A DNA stretch of 64,000 nt from the human T2T-CHM13v2.0 reference genome, Homo sapiens. The translations under genes were made by a program, and so were the position numbers. Each line of letters starts with the position of its first letter. Position 1 is the stretch's first letter. Location of the stretch: NCBI RefSeq assembly GCF_009914755.1, contig NC_060925.1; one strand, 5' to 3'. The notes under the pieces are model-generated. The model was not told where the DNA came from. It did no database searches and worked only from the letters and a program-made list of their open reading frames with translations. Shown piece by piece: positions 1-15,389 of this stretch.

Positions 1-1175
<1,175 letters not shown>

Positions 1176-1317
1176 CTTTATCAACAGGGTGGAAACAGAC
1201 TAATACAAAAGTGAAGAGACAATCCACTGAAGGAAAGAAGTATCTCATGTACTCCATAAATATATACACCTATTAAATATTTTAATTTCAATCTTTGTGG
1301 TTACATGATAGGTGTAT

Positions 1318-3497
<2,180 letters not shown>

Positions 3498-3519
3498 CTT
3501 TAGGTGCTAATGATGTTAT

Positions 3520-4030
3520 ATCCAACAGCAGAAAGTCCATGGCATGAAATGTTTATAGAGATATGCAAAATAACTGCACTAGATATTCCTAATCAATCAC
3601 TTTTAAGAAGCAAGGATCTATGTGACTTTGTGTATGATACTATCAAACATTTTTGAAAATTTAATGACATTGGCTGGCTACTCCCAATGTTACTGGACAA
3701 CATGGTTAAAAAAAGGTGGGGGGATGAGTTCAGGGATTCAAACTCCCAGCATAAACACCTAATAAATAACCTAAGAGCTTCTGTGTGTACCCTGAAGGAG
3801 ACCTTTACTTTCTGTGGCTGCAAGGCTGAAATTGCTGAAGATCAAATGTAGAACCTCATCCTGTGACTTAATGAATTACAAGGCAAGTTAAACACCAGCC
3901 TGGCAGAGTGCATATGTTAACATGAGGGCATTGATTTGGAAACACGGGATTGTGAAACTCAGGATGTGGATGTGTGGGAAGGCCCTCCAGGGTCATTGAC
4001 ACTCTAAATTCTGACGAGTCTTCTTTGCCC
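3520..4030 (+). mobile_element. ERVL internal (gag-region) fragment
   Basis: 'gagggcattgatttggaaa...ggatgtgtgggaaggccct...ctctaaattctgacgagtcttctttgcc' resembles HERV-L/ERVL internal sequence. Confidence 0.65.
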
Positions 4031-4071
4031 TAAATAATATTTACCCTTTCTAAGATGTCCTCATTCATCTA

Positions 4072-4073
<2 letters not shown>

Positions 4074-4110
<37 letters not shown>
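4074..4110. repeat. (ATT)n microsatellite
   Basis: About 12 tandem ATT units. Confidence 0.95.
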
Positions 4111-4151
4111 GTATATTCTGGTAAGAAAGCTCACATCTTTAAACAAAGTAT

Positions 4152-4155
<4 letters not shown>

Positions 4156-4186
<31 letters not shown>
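4156..4186. repeat. (CA)n microsatellite
   Basis: About 15 CA units. Confidence 0.95.
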
Positions 4187-4190
<4 letters not shown>

Positions 4191-4751
4191 TACATTAAGA
4201 TGGATAGTAGGTATCATCCCTCAATAAAATGTAAGAAAACTGGCTCCTTTGTCAAGCCAAGATTTGAACCACAGCCTGAACCAATATCTGTCCACTTAAC
4301 CACTCTACTGCAAGTCTCATGTATTACTAGCATAGATCTAACTGATACAACCAATTATTCATAAATTGTTGGGAAAATATGCATTATTTATTTGGTGATT
4401 ACATGGTAAGATTGAACAATTTCTTTTACTGAGTTTTTTTGTAAAGGATGGAAGAAGACTGCAGTGGGGTTAAAGAAAAGATGTTATGAGAAAGGAATCT
4501 GAATTATTGCAGGCTGTATGTAAATCAAGACATTTAATCTTTTAAATGAGGATAATCTTTATTCCCACAGAGGTGTAATTATTGTAAAGGGTCCTTATGT
4601 CTTTAACATAAGAAAGAATCAAAGATATTATGTAGGCATCAAGTACATACAAGACAAGGCACTAGTACAAGATTTATAGAAAATAAAAAGCCATTGTTCT
4701 TAATTATGCGGACAGTATTCAGGTCTGGTTGGAAGTACAATACTACAATAC

Positions 4752-5233
4752 TGCGTAATGACTGAATCATGTCCTCTCAAAATTCCTAAGTTGAAGTCCT
4801 AGCATCTTTATAGAGGTAATCAAGTTAAAATAAGGTCATTAAAGTAGTTCCCAATCCATTGTGACTGACATTTTTGTAAAAAGTGGAAATTTGGATATAG
4901 ACATACAGGGAGAACACCATGTACAGATGAAGGCAGAGATTAGAGTGATGCTTCTGTAAGCCAAGGAACACCAAAGATTGCTAACAACCTGTAGGAAGCT
5001 AGGGGGAGAAACATGGAACAGATTCTTCCTCATAATTCTTAGGGGGAACCAATCCTGCTAATCTCAGACTTCTAATCTCCAGGACTGTGAGACAATACAT
5101 TTCTGTTTTATAATCCACTCAGTTTGTGGTACTTTGTGACAAACTGAGTACTGTGAAAGTAAGAAACAATAAACATCTGTTGTTTAACCCACTTCGTAGT
5201 ACTTTGTTATATCAGCCTTATCAAACCTATACA
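4752..5233 (+). mobile_element. MaLR solo LTR (MLT1B/C-like) with partly duplicated 3' end
   Basis: 'gatgaaggcagagattagagtgatgcttctgtaagccaaggaacaccaaagattg...ccaggactgtgagacaatacatttctgtt...gtggtactttgt'; the terminal motif recurs at ~5150-5233. Confidence 0.8.
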
Positions 5234-6654
5234 ATATGACATAATCAAAGAGCAACACCCTGCATAAACAAATTTTCAATTGTTTGGTATAAACAACCAA
5301 TGTTTTTAAGGTTCAGAAAAAACTATTATATAACTGATATTGGTATGTCCCTTCAGCCACACATACACATACTTATGCACACACATGCATACACATTATT
5401 CAGAACCAATGAAAATTAATAATTATTTGTAAAATAAAATTATGTTTACCTTTCTCACTAATATTTTCAACATATTCTGAGTCTCTACTGTGTGACAATT
5501 AGAGCATGAGGCTCAGAACATCAAGGGCTAAAGAAGACCTAGTCCCTACTGGATGAAAATACACAATCAAGTCCTCATCTCCACTATCAGAACACCCACA
5601 GCATTTGCCAATTACGAGGAAATTTTACCTCTGCTCTTTAGTTTGTATTCAATTAAATCTGCTATCTAATTGTTTTATAGGGAAGCCTCTTCTCCCCCTA
5701 AAACTAAGTTCTACTGTAAGCATGTCATACAGAACTAGATAGATATTATTCAATAAATCGTAATTGATAATACAGTCAAACATGAGGGTTTTATTCCAAA
5801 AAAATAATATCTTGGAAAGTAGTTTCTAAAATATAAGCTACTATGTAAGCATTTGTTAATATTACCATCAATTATATTTTTAATCATTTATAACAACAAA
5901 AATTTGATATTCCCAAGTTAGTTCCTTCAAAATTTTTTCCCATAAAACTTGTCCCATTATTGTGAAATATTAAATGAGTTGAATTGCACTGAATGGTCAC
6001 ATAAAATTCAATTCTGAAAAAAGAAATGCCTTACCAGACAAACTTAAAAGGAAAAGCCTTTAATATACTTACCACTTTCAAAGCAAGCATCAAAGATAAG
6101 ATGTCCTTTCTTGGGCTGTCCACAATAGCCAGTTGGAAGCACTATATATTTGCTCACATTCCCTCCAATGGCATCATCATTTCCCATATCATTGCCTATT
6201 TAAAAAAATTGAAATAAAAGTCAAAGTATATTCGGCAATTGAAGTCTAGTCAGATTTTTACTGTTAATTACCCCTTCCCTAGTCACCAAGTGTTAACCCA
6301 AGCAAAAAGAAGTTAACACCACATTGTGGTACAGTGAAAAAAGGCTACATTTTGAAACAAAATGATATAGGGTCAAATTTCAACTCAAATAACTGCTAAT
6401 TCTCTATGCCCCAAAGCAATCAACCTAGTATCTTTACACTTCAGTTCCTCTCATCCATAAAATGTGAACAGTAAACTCATCTTCCAAAGTTGTATTAGAA
6501 TTGTATATAAACTATATCTACTATCATTATCAAAATCCAAGAGATATTCATTAAATTGCATCAACCATTTAATATATAAATAATTCACATAATTTGTCAT
6601 AAACATATATTCAATTGTTTAAATTTGAATAAAGCAGTCATTCTATAAATAGCA

Positions 6655-8830
6655 TTATGACTTCCAGATGCTCCACCAGAAACAATTTGAGAAACACTGA
6701 ATTAGCATAGAAGTTCTATTTCCTAACAGGAACTTTAATTTTTAAAAGTTTTTGAAGTTTCACTTTCACCTAAGATGTAGAAAAATGGAAAGAGCATCCC
6801 TTCTACCCTAACAACAACAAATATCTCAATTAAGTACAAAATTATAACTTTCCCAAATCTATCAGAGAGCTGAGTTTGAAGAGCAGCTAAATAATCCAAT
6901 ATCGAAGGAAAGTCAAGCCTCACCAAAAAGAGTATGGGAAGCAAGCAGTGACTCCTTCATGGCAGAGCACAAGAAGAAGTAATGCTGGGTCCCATACAAA
7001 TGAGTAAGAAAGCTAAGCTAATTTTTAAATATTATTAAACATCAAATAAGGAAATATGAGAGTGTGGAACTACTGAGTCATAGACACACAGGGAATTCAC
7101 GTCCATTTGAAGACTCTGCTGTACAGGTCTCTACCAGGTATTCAGAAGGAAGATTACAGGCAAGTAGGTAGACCAGAAAATGTTTTCCTCTGTGGTACAG
7201 GCCTAGAGAAGGGGAGAGACTTCTGTAATAGGAAAGGCATGAAGTCTCTTATGGGAAAAACAGCCTTACACGACTAGGGGAGAAATAACGAACTTATCAC
7301 CTGAGTGCAAAAGTGAGAGGAAGAGGAACAATAAAAGAAAAATCCTCTACACCTGAAGGAGCAGCAGGAAACATTCCCAGAGAATACTATAAATATTATT
7401 CATCACTATAAATGGATATACCTCTTTCCAGGTCATTTGTGTAGGGGCTTGTGTCAACCTAGTCTGGAAATAAACTAGGTTTGAGTTTCACTGTTGCTAT
7501 GGTCATCTTAAATACTCAATCACCCCAGCCAGCCCCTTCCCTCAAAAATAAAATAGCACTAGAATAATTTGAAGCTAATTGGAAACTGAAGATAACCATA
7601 GCAACAAAGAAACTCAAACACACCTGAACTCCAAGCTAGGTTGACACAAGCCCCCACCCAAATGAGGTGGAAAGAGATATCCATTTATAGTAACAAATAA
7701 TATTTGTAAGTACTGTAAATACTATAAAACAGTAGTATTCTCTACTCTTCTGGTATTCAATAAAAAATTGTGAGACATAGCCAAAATATCAAGAAAAAAC
7801 AACCTACTGTCTAGGGATAAAATGATACGCAGGACCAGACACAGAAATGACCAGATACTGGAATTATCAGACAATGATTTTTAAATAAAGCTTAATATGT
7901 TAAAGGCTGTAGTGGAAAATGAGAACAAAATTCATGAAGAAATGGGAAATTTCATCAGTAAGACAGAAACCACAGTAATAATACAAAAGGAAATGATAAA
8001 ACCAAAAATCACAGTAATAGAGATGAAGAATGCCTTTAATGCATTCATCAGTACACTTGGGACAGCTGAAAAATAAATCAGTAAACTTTAGATCAATAAA
8101 AATATTCTAAACATAAATGCAAAGGGAAATAGGAAAGGCAAAAGGGAAAAAACAGCAGAGCATCCAAGAGCTGTGGAACAATATCAACCAATCTAAAATA
8201 TATGTATAATTGGGATTCCCAAGGATATGAGAGTAAGAATGAAGCAGAAAGATACCTGAAGATATAACACCTGAGAATTTTCCAAAATTAATGAAAGATA
8301 TTGAGGTACAAATCCAAACAGTAACTAGGAGAATAAATATATTATTAAAAATTATGTTATATTTAAAGAGATAAATCACATACAAATGACCTAAGATAAA
8401 AATACATATTTCTCTTTGAAATATATAAACTGTGCAAACCAAAAGTCAAGGTAATGATATATTGAAATTACTGGGAAAAAGTCAACGTAAAATTTTATAC
8501 CAACTGAAAATATCTTTCAAAGATGAAGTACAAACTAAAGGTATTTTAAGAAAAATAAAAGCTGAGATAATTTATTATCAACAGTCCTGTGTTGTAAGAA
8601 ACGCCAACAATAGTTCTTCAGGCAGAAGGGAAATAATACCAGATATAAACTAAGATCCACACAAAGAAATTAAGAGCTCCAGAAATGATATAAATAAAGG
8701 TAAATATAAATTTTCTTATTTTCAATCACTCTAAAAGATAAATCACTATAGAAAAAATAGCAATGTATTGTCTGTTTATGCCATATGGAAAAGTAAAATA
8801 TATTACAAAAATTGCACAAAAGATAGAAGA
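6655..8830 (+). mobile_element. Ancient L1M 5'UTR/ORF1 remnant
   Basis: Degenerate ORF1-like sequence ('gaattatcagacaatgatttt', 'gagatgaagaatgcctttaat', 'aaaatatctttcaaagatgaag'). Confidence 0.65.
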
Positions 8831-11800
8831 AGATGGATGACTATAGGTGCCTGACACTTGCCTCATTCACAAGGAAGGGGCAAGTGTCAGGCCCCTCTAA
8901 AACAAGTAGACAACCACACATCAAATAAAGTGCCTAAGTGAGAACATTGGAATTCAGCAGGGAAGTGACAGGGACCATCTGAGGCATGAAAGGAGAGAGA
9001 AGTGAAGCAACTGGCCCATCCATGATTGTCTCAGATCCAAAAGAAGTTCCCCACTGCAAAGGAAAGGTAAGTAAAAGATCCCCAGTGCTGCACATTCCCA
9101 TCACAGATGCCTGCAATAGCCACAGGAGACTCTAGCATAGAAAGTCATATGGAGTCCATTGCAATTGCATTGTTCTACAGAGGAAACTCACACTCTGTTC
9201 TACTCACCCCCCTGAAGCCTAAGCAGGTGCAACATGGCACCATTTTGAGAACTAATCCCCCATCAGACTACCTCTTACCCTGGGGCCCAGCTGCTCCTGC
9301 ACCTCCACATCCCTGGAGCCCCAAGGACATCCTCCCACATCCAACCAGAGGGCTGCAGCATTATGATGCCTGCTGGACCCAGCAATACATCTGGACCCCC
9401 AGCACTGTAGCCATATAGTGCCCTAAATCCCCTAAAATAGACAGTATAGCACACCAGGGAGGCTACCCACAGGACAAAGGAAGCCAAAATGCACAGTTCC
9501 CAGAGCCTGAAAACCATCTTCCCTGGGACACTGCCATAAACAGAAACAACACTCCTCCAGTTGAAGGGCCACTGCAAACCTGAATGCACCATCAGAGAGC
9601 TTGAGAACAAGCCTGCCTATGTATGTCATCCAGTTTTATAGATGGTTGGCATTTCCCCAACTGGCACTCATTTTCTCTCCTGCTGCACTGTGAAGAGGTG
9701 CTTTTTGCCATAATTGTAAGTTTCCTAAGGCCTCCCCAGCCATGTGGAACAGTGAGTCAATTAAACCTCTTTTCTTTAGAAATCACCCAGTCTGGGGTAT
9801 TTCTTCCTAGCAGCATGAGAATGAACTAACACAAATACAAACAAAAAGGTTATTATGTAATGATAAAGAGATCAATTCAGTAAGATGATATAACAAATAT
9901 ATATATATGCCCCCAACACCAGAACATCCAGATATATAAAGCAAATATTATTAAAGCTAAAGAGAGAAATAAACCCCAATACAATCATAGTGGGAAACTT
10001 CAAAACCCCCACATTCAGCATTGGACACATCATATAGAAAGCAAATCAACAAATTATCTGCACGATAGACCAAATGGACATAACAGACATTTACAGAACA
10101 TTTCATCCAAAAGCTGCAGAATACACATTCTTCTTATCAGCACATGGAACAGTTTCATGGACAGATCATATGTTCGGTCACAAAACAAGTCTCAAGAAAT
10201 TTCAAAAAATCAAAATCATATCAAATATCTTGTCAGACCACAATGGGATAAAACTGGAAATGAATAACAAGAGGATCTCTGCAGACTGTAAAAATAGACA
10301 GCAATTAAACAACATGCTCCTGTATTACCATTGGATCAATGAAAAAAATTAAGAAGAAAAATTTAAAAATTTATTGAAGCAAATGAAAAAGCAAACACAA
10401 CATACAAAAACCTACGTGATAAAGCAAAAGCAGTGCTAAGGATATTTCACAACAATAAATTACTACATCAATAAAGCAGAAAGATTTTAACAATGTAATG
10501 CTGCACATCAAGAAAGTAGAAAAGCACAAATAAACCAAATGCAAAATAAGTAGAAGAAAATAAATAATAAAGATCAAAGCAGAACTAAGCAAAATAGAAT
10601 CTAAAAAAATACAAAGGATAAGCAGAATTAAAAGGTGGTTTTTTGAAAAGATAAAATCGATAAACTGCTAGCTAGCTAAACGATACAAAGAGAGAAGACT
10701 CAAATAAATAAAATCAGAAATAAAAAAAAGACATTACAACTGATACCATAGAAATACAAAGGACCACTAGAGACTATTATGAACAACCATGTGCTATCAA
10801 ATTGGAAAACCAAGAGAAAAATGTATAAATTTGTGAATATATATAACCTATAAAGACTGAACCAGAAATAAATAGAAAACCTGAACAGATTAATAATGAG
10901 TAGTAAGATTGAATGAGTAATTTTAAAAACTTCCCAATGAAGAAAGCACAGGAACAAATGGCTGTACTTCTGAAATCTACCAAACTTTTTAAAAAGAACC
11001 AATATCAATTCTCAAACTATTCCAAAAAGTGAAAGAGAATTCTTTCTAACTCATTCTATAAAAACAGCATTACCTTGATACCAATACCAGAGAAGGAAAC
11101 AACAAGAAACAATAAGCCAATTTCTCTAATGAACATAGAATCAAAAATTATCAACAAAATATTAGCTAACTGAATCCAACAGCACATCAAAAAGGATATA
11201 CACCATGCTCAAGTGGAATGTATCCCAGGGATACAAGGACGGTTCAACATACAAAAATCAATAAATGTGATATAACACATCAACAGAATGAAGGACAAAA
11301 ACTGTATGATCACCTTAATAGATAAAGAAAATGCACTCCATAAAATTCATCATCATCCCTTCATGTAAGTGCTCTTAACAAATTAGCTACAGAAAGAACA
11401 TATCTCAACACAATAAAGGCAATATATGACAAACCCACTGTAACATCATACTGAATACGAAAAATCTCAAAGTATTTCCTCTAAGAACAGAACAAGACAA
11501 GGATGCCCACTTTCACTTCTCTTACTCAACATGGTACTGGATGTTCTAGCCAGAGCAATTAGGCAAGAGGGGAAAAGAGAAATCCAAATGGGAAAAAAGG
11601 AAGCCAAATTATCCTTGTTCATAGATGACATGATCTTTTATTTAGAAAAACCTAAAGCTTCTGCCAAAAAAAAAAAAACTGTTGAAACTGATAAATTATT
11701 AAGTAAAGTTTCAAGATACAAATTCAACCTATGTAAATCATAACTATTTCTATACATGAATAGTGAACAACCTGAAAAAAAATCAAGAAGTCAATCCCAC

Positions 11801-13090
11801 TTACAATAGCTACAAAAAATTGAAATGCCTAGAAATAAATTTAACCAACGGGCTGAAAGACTGCAATGAAAATTCCAAAACACTGATGAATATAAAAATA
11901 AAACACGAACAAATAAAACAACCTCCCATGCTCATGGATTAGAAGAATAGCATTGTTAAAATGACCATACCACCCAAAGCAATCTACAGAGCCAATGTAA
12001 TCCCTTTCAAAATACAATGACTTTCTTCACAGAAATAGAGAAAATAATCAATCCTAAAATTGACATGGAAACACAAATACCCCAAATAGCCAACAACATT
12101 GAGCAAACAGAACAAACATGGAGTCATCACACTACCATACTTCATATGCCAAAACAAAAAGCCATAATAGTCAAAATAACACAGTGTTAGTAAATAAACA
12201 GATACATAGACCCATGGAAGAGAATAAAAAACCAAAAAGTAATTTCATGTATTTACAGACAAATAATTTTTAACAAATGCACAGAGAGAACATACACTGG
12301 GGAAAGGACAGTCTCTTTAATAAATGGTGCTGTGAAAACTGAATATCCACATGCAGAAGAATGAAACTAGACCCCATCTCTCACCATATACAAAAATCAA
12401 CTCAATGTGAATTATGGACTTAAATATAAGAACTGAAACTATAAAACTATTAGAAGAAACACTTCAGTAGATTGGTCTAGGCAAAGATTTAATGGCTAAG
12501 ACATCAAAAGCACAGGCAACAGAAACAAAAATAGACCAATGGGACTAATTGAACTAAAAAGCTTCTGCACAGTGAAGGAAACAATCAACAAAATGATTAG
12601 ACAATCTTTAGAATAAAAGAAAATATTTGCAAATTATTTACCCAAAGGGACTAACTCTCTAGAATATACAAAGAACTCAAAAAACTCAACAACAACAAAA
12701 AAATAAAATATCCTCATTAAAAAGTGGACAGCAGAAATGACCAGATATTTCTCAAAAGGAGACATACAAATGTCCCCAAAACATATGAAAAAATGCTCAA
12801 CATCACTAATCATCAAGGAAAGGCACACCAAACCACAATGAGATACCATCTCACCCCAGCAGAATGACTACTATGAAAAGGATAAAAAATAGCAAATGCA
12901 GGCGAGGAAGAAAAGAAAAGGCAATTCTTGTATACCATTACAAGAAATAGTGGAAATGTAAATTAGTACATTAGTACATAGACACGATGGAGCACAGTAT
13001 AAAAGTTGCCTAAATATCTAAAAATAAAAGTACCATACAATCCAGCAATTCCAGTACAGGATATTTATCTAAAGGAAACAAAATCAATGA
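8830..13090 (+). mobile_element. Old L1 (L1MA-like): 5'UTR, then a THE1 half-LTR, then degenerate ORF2
   Basis: ORF2 remnants translate to EN (DIYRTFHP...SDHNGIKLE, 10074-10352) and RT (LFIDDMI, 11531-11743) motifs; ORF1 is missing. Confidence 0.8.
9633..9833 (+). mobile_element. THE1-type MaLR LTR, 3' half
   Basis: 'gccataattgtaagtttcctaaggcctccccagccatgtggaacagtgagtcaattaaacctcttttc...gagaatgaactaacaca'. Confidence 0.85.
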
Positions 13091-15090
13091 TATATTTATA
13101 TATCTAACAGACAGATTACCATATTGGTTAAAATAGGAAAATCCAATGATATACTATTTATAGAAAATTGTTTAAATATTATATAAAGTCATGAATAGAT
13201 TATAAGAAAAAGGATTGAAGGGACCACGCAAACAATAATAAAAAGAGAGCTCGAGAGGCTATATTAAAATAAGAGAATGTAGACTTAAGACCAAGAACTA
13301 AAACTAGGACTAAAGACCACCATCAAATAGTGATAAAGGAGTCAGCTCACCAAGACCAATAATCCTAAAAGTATACACACCTAACACCACCACTTGAAAA
13401 TGCATGAAAAAGGCCAGGCAAGGTGCCTCACACCTGTAATCCCAGCACTTTGGGAGGCTGAGGCGGCAGATCACCTGAAGTCAGGAGTTCAAGACCAGCC
13501 TGGCCAACATGACAAAACCCTGTCTCCACTAAAAATCCAAAAATTAGCATGGTGTGGTGGCAGGTGCCTATAATCCCAGCTACTTGGGAGGATGAAGCAC
13601 AAGAATCACTTGAATCTGGGAGGCAGAGTTTGCAGCGAGCTGAGACTGCACTCCAGCCTGGGCTACAGAGTAAGACTCTATCTCAAAAGAAAAAAAAAAG
13701 AAAAAGAAAATGCACGAAAGAAACTAATAGAAATAAAAGATGAAATATACAAAACCACAATTATGTTTAACCCTTCAATACGACTATTTCAGTAATCAAT
13801 AGAATTAGTTGACATATTAGCAATATCAGGAATGAAAAGGTTAACATCCCTAAAAGCCACTGGGCATTATTAAGAGGATAATGAGAGAACATTATGAACA
13901 ATGTTAACTCCTAATTTTGTGAACTTAGATGAAATTACTAAGCAGATGAAGACATTAAACAAGAAGAAAACTAAAGACTGGTATTCCTTCTGAACATAGA
14001 CTCAAAATTCTCAGCAAAGTATTAGCAAATCAAATCCATCAGTCTGAGGAAAGTATATCATGACCAAGCACAATTTATCTTGGGTGTGCAAGATCAGTTC
14101 AACATTCAGAAATCAATTAATGTAATTCACCATAGTGACAGATCCATAAAGAAAATCTATATGATCATCTCAACAAATGCACAAAAAAAGCATTTGACAA
14201 AATTCAAAATTCAGTAGCTACTTATTCTCAGCATATGAAGAATTAAAACGGAATTCCTTGACATGATAAAAGGAATCTTTATATCTTTATCTTACATAAT
14301 ATGTAATTATGTATTTTTTAATATACTTAAATTATATTTAATTGTGAAAGACTAAAAATTACCCCCCAGTATTGTTTACTAGATAAGGATGCTCACTGTC
14401 ATCACTCTTATTCAACATCATCCTAAAGTTTCTAAACGTGCAATAAACAAAGAAAAGAAATTAAAGCTGTACATACTGTCCCTATTCATACACAACAGAA
14501 TTGTCTAGAGAAAAAAATCACAAAGAAGTTACTAAAAAGTTACTAGAATAAATAAGCTCAGAAAGATTAAAGGACAAAAAGTCAATAGAAGAAATCAATC
14601 ATATCTCTATATAATTAGCAATAAGCAATTGTAAATTAAAAATTAAAATCAGTAATATTTGTAACACCAATAAAATTTATAAATCTAATAAACATTTGCA
14701 AAATCTCTACTCTTAAAACTAGAACCACTGATAAATTTTAAAAAGGTCTAAATAAAGGGAGAAACAAACCTTGTGAATGGATTGGAAGGCTAAATGTCAA
14801 AATGTCAATTCTCCATATATCGATCTAGAGATTCAATACAATCCCAACTGAATACTCAACCAACTGGTTCTAAAATGTATATGGAAAAGCAAACAAACTA
14901 AAAAAAATCAAAGCAATTTTGGAAAAAAAACAGTGTGGGGTTGGAAAAGAGACTGAAACATAGTTTACTGGAATAAAACTAAATGCAGAAATGCAAACAC
15001 TTACATGGTCAATTGATTTTCAATAAAAGTGCAAAGGCAATTCAATGTAGAGAAGAAAATATTTACTAATTGGTCATCAATAATCCACAT
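13090..15090 (+). mobile_element. Highly diverged L1M ORF2 fragments
   Basis: Degenerate ORF2 motifs ('gcatttgacaaaattcaa', 'ttcaatacaatccca', 'caattgattttcaataaaagtgcaaagg'). Confidence 0.65.
13412..13705 (+). mobile_element. Alu (AluSx-like)
   Basis: Full dimer with A tail; TSD gaaaatgca(t/c)gaaa on both sides. Confidence 0.93.
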
Positions 15091-15092
15091 GA

Positions 15093-15388
15093 GTCTGGGC
15101 TCAGTGGCTCACGCCTGTAGACCCACCACTTTGGAAGGCAGATGCAAGTGAATCGCTTCAGCCCAGAAGTTTGAGACCAGCCCAGGCAACATAGCAAAAC
15201 TGCATCTCAACGAAAAATTTTAAAAGTTAGCTGGCAGTGGTGGCACATGCCACTAGTCCCAGTAACTCAGGAGGCTGAGATGGAAGAATCACCTCAGCCC
15301 AGGAGCTCGAGACTGCAGTGAGCCGTGATTGTGCCACTGCACTCCAGCCTGAGTGTCAGACAGATGCTGTCTCAAAAAAATAGTAATA
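15093..15388 (+). mobile_element. Alu (AluJ-like)
   Basis: Diverged dimer with J-type 'cagcccaggagctcgagactgcagtgagccgtgattgtgcc'. Confidence 0.88.
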
Positions 15389-15389
15389 A

